Source: a virus. Taken from it: 25,919 nucleotides of DNA. Numbering within the stretch: position 1 is the first letter of the stretch; each line of letters begins with the position of its first letter. The notes under the pieces were generated by a model. The model saw only the letters and a list, made by a program, of their open reading frames with translations, did not search any database and had not been told where the DNA came from. Made by a program: the position numbers and the translations under genes. Positions 20,873 through 25,919 of this stretch are shown here, piece after piece. Location of the stretch: UHGV virus genome UHGV-0239440; one strand, written 5' to 3'.

Positions 20873-21994
20873 ATGTTGACTAATTCTGAAAAAAGCAGAT
20901 TTTTCCTTGCTGACCTGACTGGTGAAGTCCAGTCTATCCCAAATACTTATGGGTATATTTCCAACTTAGGTCTGTTCCGTTCAGCACCAATCACCCAAAC
21001 TACTTTCCTCATGGACTTGACTGATTGGGATGTTAGCTTGCTTGATGCGGTAGACCGTGATAGCCGTAAAGCAGAGACTAGCGCACCTGAGCGTGTTCGT
21101 CAAATCAGCTTCCCAATGATGTACTTCAAAGAAGTTGAAAGCATCACTCCTGATGAAATTCAGGGTGTACGTCAGCCGGGCACTGCAAACGAACTGACTA
21201 CCGAAGCTGTAGTACGTGCTAAGAAGCTGATGAAGATTCGTACCAAGTTCGATATTACTCGTGAGTTCCTGTTTATGCAAGCTCTGAAGGGTAAAGTTGT
21301 TGATGCTCGTGGTACGCTGTATGCTGACCTGTACAAGCAGTTCGACGTTGAGAAGAAGACTATTTACTTCGACCTTGACAATCCTAACGCTGACATCGAC
21401 GCTGCTATTGAAGAACTGCGTATGCACATGGAAGACGAAGCTAAGACTGGCACTGTAATCAACGGTGAAGAAATTCACGTAGTTGTTGACCGCTTATTCT
21501 TCAGCAAACTGGTTAAGCATCCTAAGATTCGTGACGCTTATCTTGCACAGCAGACTCCACTGGCTTGGCAGCAGATTACTGGTTCTCTGAGAACTGGTGG
21601 TACTGACGGCGTTCAGGCTCATATGAACACCTTCTACTACGGTGGTGTTAAGTTTGTCCAGTACAACGGTAAGTTCAAAGACAAGCGTGGTAAGGTTCAC
21701 ACTCTGGTTAGCATTGATGGTGTTACTCAGGATGGAACTGGAACTGTTGGTGTAGGTCATGCTTTCCCTAACGTTTCTATGCTGGGTGAAGCAAACAACA
21801 TCTTTGAAGTGGCATATGGCCCATGTCCTAAGATGGGTTATGCAAATACACTGGGTCAGGAACTGTACGTATTCGAATACGAAAAAGACCGTGACGAAGG
21901 TATTGACTTTGAAGCTCACTCTTACATGCTGCCATACTGCACACGTCCTCAGTTGCTGGTAGATGTTCGTTCTGACGCTAAACCAGGCAAATAA
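20873..21994 (+). CDS. major capsid protein (lambda gpE-like family)
   Basis: 373 aa; position downstream of protease and decoration genes; pattern resembles the phage major capsid protein E family; strong GGAGA RBS. Confidence 0.7.
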   Translation: MLTNSEKSRFFLADLTGEVQSIPNTYGYISNLGLFRSAPITQTTFLMDLTDWDVSLLDAVDRDSRKAETSAPERVRQISFPMMYFKEVESITPDEIQGVRQPGTANELTTEAVVRAKKLMKIRTKFDITREFLFMQALKGKVVDARGTLYADLYKQFDVEKKTIYFDLDNPNADIDAAIEELRMHMEDEAKTGTVINGEEIHVVVDRLFFSKLVKHPKIRDAYLAQQTPLAWQQITGSLRTGGTDGVQAHMNTFYYGGVKFVQYNGKFKDKRGKVHTLVSIDGVTQDGTGTVGVGHAFPNVSMLGEANNIFEVAYGPCPKMGYANTLGQELYVFEYEKDRDEGIDFEAHSYMLPYCTRPQLLVDVRSDAKPGK

Positions 21995-22015
21995 TATTCT
22001 TAAGGAGGGTTATGA

Positions 22016-22465
22016 ATGTGTTATACAGGCGACCCAGCCAATAACCCTCTTGATAGAGTAAGAATCCTCTGCACAGACACCAATAATGATGAAATTCTTA
22101 TTGAGCAGTCTGTGCTAGAGTGGTTCTATCTAGAATCTGGAAAGGATGAAAAGAAAGCAGCCATCAAAGCTCTTAAATATTTACTCTTTCAAGTAGCCAA
22201 GATGGGAGATGAGAAGGTTGGTGGTGTTTACTTGCGTAACTCTTCCAGATTCAAATCTCTGAAAGCTGTTTATGACGACCTTGTTAAAAGCTCTGTTTCA
22301 GGACTTCCCTATGCAGGTGGTATTAGTCAGTGTGATATTGACATACGTCGTCAGAATCCTTGCTCTGTCAAGAAATACACAGAATATGGTGATGCTGCCA
22401 GATACGAAGGCAGAGATTACTGCAACCGTGTTAATGGCGTATTTATTATCGAGCGAGATGAATAA
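22016..22465 (+). CDS. hypothetical protein, head-tail joining region (149 aa)
   Basis: ORF track; AAGGAGGG RBS. Confidence 0.5.
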   Translation: MCYTGDPANNPLDRVRILCTDTNNDEILIEQSVLEWFYLESGKDEKKAAIKALKYLLFQVAKMGDEKVGGVYLRNSSRFKSLKAVYDDLVKSSVSGLPYAGGISQCDIDIRRQNPCSVKKYTEYGDAARYEGRDYCNRVNGVFIIERDE

Positions 22466-22947
22466 TGGTTAAAAGGGTTATTCACCCCGCTAGAGCAAAA
22501 TTAGTCGGGGCTATGAAGAACTTGCACACGGCTAATGCTCAAGTTGGGTATTTTCAAGAACAAGGTCAACATAGCTCTGGTTTTTCTTATCCTGCTTTAA
22601 TGTATTTACAAGAAGTTATTGGGGTTCCTTCAGCTTCTGGTAAAGTATATCGTAGGTTGTTTGAAATCACTATGATGCTAAACAAACAGACCTTGTTAGA
22701 GCAGACTAAGAAGAATCTATATAAGCAACTTAGCAGTCTCAACACAGACCCTTCAAATACCTTAGAAGCATTTGCAAAGAATGTTCAGAAGGCAATTAAA
22801 AGAGGTTTTGGTAATTCTGCTATCCTCCCTCCTAACGCACCTTCCACAGTCAAGAAAAAAGGCTTTAATGCACCTCTTGTTGAGACAGGTGACTTAAGGG
22901 ATAACCTTGCTTATAAAATTTCTACTAAGAAGGGTATTAAAAAATGA
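22465..22947 (+). CDS. hypothetical protein, head-tail joining region (160 aa)
   Basis: ORF track; overlapping start. Confidence 0.5.
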   Translation: MVKRVIHPARAKLVGAMKNLHTANAQVGYFQEQGQHSSGFSYPALMYLQEVIGVPSASGKVYRRLFEITMMLNKQTLLEQTKKNLYKQLSSLNTDPSNTLEAFAKNVQKAIKRGFGNSAILPPNAPSTVKKKGFNAPLVETGDLRDNLAYKISTKKGIKK

Positions 22948-23345
22948 GACTCTTAAACAGACACAGCTTTGTAGTAAAGCGTAAAGTCTCTGAAGACGGT
23001 TATTATAATGATGATGGTGATTGGGTAGCTTCACAAGATATTGTTGAGGTTAACTGCAAAGGTAATATTCAGCCATACATCAAAGGTTCTGTAAAGAACG
23101 GTACACAGATTGCTTTACCGGAAGGTATTAGGCTTACCGATACAAGAATCTTGTATACCACATATAAACTTAGAACTTCAGATGATGTAGAGTGGAATGA
23201 GTCTGATATTGTTATGATTGATGGTCATGAGTATGAAGTATTTATGACTATGGATTGGTCACAGCAATTAGCCCATACGTCCCATTATGAATATATCATT
23301 ATTAGAAGGGATAAAATGAATGCAGTTAGAAACAGCAGAACTTGA
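22944..23345 (+). CDS. hypothetical protein, head-tail joining region (133 aa)
   Basis: ORF track; overlapping start. Confidence 0.5.
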   Translation: MRLLNRHSFVVKRKVSEDGYYNDDGDWVASQDIVEVNCKGNIQPYIKGSVKNGTQIALPEGIRLTDTRILYTTYKLRTSDDVEWNESDIVMIDGHEYEVFMTMDWSQQLAHTSHYEYIIIRRDKMNAVRNSRT

Positions 23346-23919
23346 AAAAGGTCTAGTTAGAACCTTAGTGGATGTTATTGGTCACAGACTAGCTCGTGAT
23401 AAAAATAATAGACCAAATGTAATTAGAGCTTACCCTTCTGATAACTCAAATGACAAAGGTTTAAAACCTGACCAGCCATTTATTACCGTATATTGTCAAG
23501 ATGCTGCAACACCTTATGGTTGGGTTCTTGATAAGTTTGTTGAGGATGATGTAGTTTGCTACAGAATTGCTTTTCAGATTCCAGTATTAATTACGGTAAA
23601 TGGTAAAGGTGCTCACAGTATTATGCTTGAGCTTAAACAACGATTAGAGATGAGTTCAGTCAGAGATTTAATTATTGAAGAGACAGGAGCTACAGTTTTA
23701 GACACTGGAGCCATCCCAAATGACTATACTTATCTTAATACAGATTTCGAAAATTCTGCACCTCTTGTTGTAACTCTTGTAAAAAATTCAGTCCTGAAAG
23801 ATGAACGTGGAGGTATTATTGAACGTGTCATTGTTGATGGTGAATTAGTTTACGAAGAAGGACAAGAGCCACCAGAATATACTATCCATCTAGATGTAGA
23901 CTCCAAAGGGGTAAAATAA
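23320..23919 (+). CDS. hypothetical protein, head-tail joining region (199 aa)
   Basis: ORF track. Confidence 0.5.
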   Translation: MQLETAELEKGLVRTLVDVIGHRLARDKNNRPNVIRAYPSDNSNDKGLKPDQPFITVYCQDAATPYGWVLDKFVEDDVVCYRIAFQIPVLITVNGKGAHSIMLELKQRLEMSSVRDLIIEETGATVLDTGAIPNDYTYLNTDFENSAPLVVTLVKNSVLKDERGGIIERVIVDGELVYEEGQEPPEYTIHLDVDSKGVK

Positions 23920-25272
23920 ATGTGGAATCCAATTGTTAATGTAGATATTACATTGAACACCGCAGGAACTACAAGAGAAGGTTTTGGCTTACCACTATTC
24001 TTAGCTTCAACAGATAACTTTGAAGAAAGAGTCCGTGGTTACACTTCCTTAACTGAAGTTGCTGAAGATTTCGATGAGAAGTCTGCTGCATATAAGGCTG
24101 CTAAACAACTTTGGAGTCAAACTCCTAAAGTAACCCAGCTTTATATTGGTAGACGTGCTATGCAGTACACTGTATCAATTCCTGACTCTGTTACTGAAAG
24201 TACCGATTATTCTTTAACTGTAGCTGTGGGCGGTGGAGTTTCTCAACCATATCAGTACACTTCACAGTCAGAAGATACTGCTGAGAAGGTGTTACAGCAG
24301 CTTAAAACACAGATTGAAGCTGACCCAGCAATTAAAGATAAAGTTTCTGTGAATGTAACTGGTAGCAATGCTTCTGCCACAATGATTATTACCAAAGCTG
24401 GTGATAATGACTTTGTGAAAGTAACAACTACAGCGCAGACTGTGTATGTTGCAAGCACAACTGCTGATACAGCATCAACTGCTCTGGCAGCCATCGAAGC
24501 TTATTCTACCGACTGGTATTTCATTGCAGCAGAAGATAGAACTCAACAGTTTGTCTTAGCAATGGCTTCTGAGATTCAGGCTCGTAAGAAAATCTTCTTC
24601 ACTGCCAACTCTGATGTAGCAGCACTACAAGGCACAGAATTAAACAGTGCAAATGATGTTCCGGCACAGCTTGCTAAGAGTATGTACACCCGCACAGTTT
24701 GCTTGTGGCATCACACAGCAGCAGAAGACTATCCAGAGATGGCATACATTGCTTATGGCGCTCCATATGATGCAGGGTCAATTGCTTGGGGTAATGCTCA
24801 GTTAACTGGTGTAGCTGCTTCTCTACAGCCATCTAATCACAGACCTTTGACAAGTATTCAGAAGTCTGCTTTAGATGCACGTCACTGTAACTTTATTGAC
24901 CTCGATGGTGGTGTTCCAGTGGTTCGTAGAGGGATTACTTCTGGTGGGGAATGGATTGACATCATCCGTGGTGTTGACTGGTTAGAATCAGACCTGAAAA
25001 CTTCTCTGAGAGACTTGCTAATTAACCAGAAGGGTGGTAAGATTACTTATGATGATACTGGTATTACCCGTATTCGTCAAGTCATTGAAACCTCTCTACA
25101 AAGAGCAGTTAACAGAAACTTCCTGTCATCTTACACAGTTAATGTTCCTAAAGCCTCTCAAGTTGCTTTGGCAGACAAGAAAGCTCGTATCCTGAAAGAC
25201 GTTACCTTCGCAGGTATCTTAGCAGGTGCTATCTTGGATGTTGACTTGAAAGGTACAGTGGCTTACGAATAA
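23920..25272 (+). CDS. putative tail sheath protein (450 aa)
   Basis: Size and position (after neck genes, directly before a ~150 aa tube-like gene) fit the sheath-tube pair of contractile-tail phages; no motif confirmed. Confidence 0.4.
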   Translation: MWNPIVNVDITLNTAGTTREGFGLPLFLASTDNFEERVRGYTSLTEVAEDFDEKSAAYKAAKQLWSQTPKVTQLYIGRRAMQYTVSIPDSVTESTDYSLTVAVGGGVSQPYQYTSQSEDTAEKVLQQLKTQIEADPAIKDKVSVNVTGSNASATMIITKAGDNDFVKVTTTAQTVYVASTTADTASTALAAIEAYSTDWYFIAAEDRTQQFVLAMASEIQARKKIFFTANSDVAALQGTELNSANDVPAQLAKSMYTRTVCLWHHTAAEDYPEMAYIAYGAPYDAGSIAWGNAQLTGVAASLQPSNHRPLTSIQKSALDARHCNFIDLDGGVPVVRRGITSGGEWIDIIRGVDWLESDLKTSLRDLLINQKGGKITYDDTGITRIRQVIETSLQRAVNRNFLSSYTVNVPKASQVALADKKARILKDVTFAGILAGAILDVDLKGTVAYE

Positions 25273-25287
25273 TAGAGGTAAATTGGA

Positions 25288-25734
25288 ATGGCTATGTATC
25301 AGCAATATTCCCCTAAAGACGTTGTATGTAGCTGGAATGGTATTGCCATTGAAGGCTTTGCCCCAGACTCATTCTTACGTCTACAGAGAACATCACCGCT
25401 TATCACACCAGTTGTAGGTGCGGGTGGTCAGGTTGCTCTGACAAGAAATGCAGACAAGACAGGCACTATTGAGATTGAGCTAATGCAGACTTCTCTCTCT
25501 AACCAGATGCTTTCTGCAATTCAAGCTAAACAAGACAATATGGAACTTGAAGAAGATATCTCTTCTAACTTCGTAATCTACGACCCATCAGGCTCTGTTC
25601 TGGCAACTGGTATTAATGCTTGGTTGCAGGAATTACCTCAGATTGAACTTGGTCGTGACCAGAACTCTAAAACTTGGATTTTTGGTTGTGAGAAGCTAGA
25701 CTACACTTCTACAATTCCAGCGTCAAGTGTTTAA
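25288..25734 (+). CDS. putative tail tube protein (148 aa)
   Basis: Size and position after putative sheath; followed by rho-independent terminator. Confidence 0.4.
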   Translation: MAMYQQYSPKDVVCSWNGIAIEGFAPDSFLRLQRTSPLITPVVGAGGQVALTRNADKTGTIEIELMQTSLSNQMLSAIQAKQDNMELEEDISSNFVIYDPSGSVLATGINAWLQELPQIELGRDQNSKTWIFGCEKLDYTSTIPASSV

Positions 25735-25746
25735 TAAATCCTATAA

Positions 25747-25778
25747 GGGGGAGACTTTAAAAGGTCTTCCCCTTTTTT
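25747..25778 (+). terminator. rho-independent terminator after putative tube gene
   Basis: 9-bp stem GGGGGAGAC/GTCTTCCCC (one G-U) with 8-nt loop, followed by TTTTTT. Confidence 0.7.
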
Positions 25779-25807
25779 GTTTCTTTTAAAAGTATTAAGG
25801 AATCACA

Positions 25808-25919
25808 ATGAAAACAGAATCTAGAGTAATTAATGGTAAGAAAGTAAATATCATTCTGCTTGGGGCAAGAGACGGTATTAAGATGTCTATGAAGTTGGGT
25901 AAAATTGTTGTTCCAACTT
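25808..25919 (+). CDS. hypothetical protein, partial (runs off window end)
   Basis: ATG at 25808 with AAGGA RBS; open to window end (MKTESRVINGKKVNIILLGARDG...). Confidence 0.4.
   Translation, partial: MKTESRVINGKKVNIILLGARDGIKMSMKLGKIVVPT

Noticed and set aside
20033-21962. Antisense ORFs inside the protease/scaffold and major capsid genes (up to 165 aa)
   Set aside because: Antisense to well-supported structural genes; codon pattern follows the sense gene.

Overview
AT-rich segment of a virulent tailed phage (Caudoviricetes), read by eye and hand-folding only; no database search or tRNA-finder was run. Three blocks. (1) 1-6740: a leftward (minus-strand) operon of about 15 small, mostly unrecognisable ORFs, including a T4-type lysozyme and a tandem paralog pair, one copy fused to an Ig-like domain. 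(2) 6741-14950: a rightward unit with sigma70-type promoters, a vWA/MIDAS protein, and a ~5.7 kb tRNA island (9003-14731) holding 26 hand-folded tRNA genes, one atypical tRNA-like gene, an embedded HNH endonuclease, three protein ORFs, a circularly permuted tRNA-like element and two repeated spacer motif families, closed by two terminators. (3) 14954-25919: morphogenesis module (large terminase, portal, S49 protease/scaffold, decoration-like protein, lambda gpE-like major capsid, neck proteins, putative sheath and tube). Most worth a second look: the permuted tRNA-like gene, the vWA protein directly upstream of the tRNA island, three tRNAs with leucine anticodons but short variable loops, and the spacer motifs. 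Gene content is reminiscent of large virulent enterobacterial phages with tRNA islands, but that is inference only.
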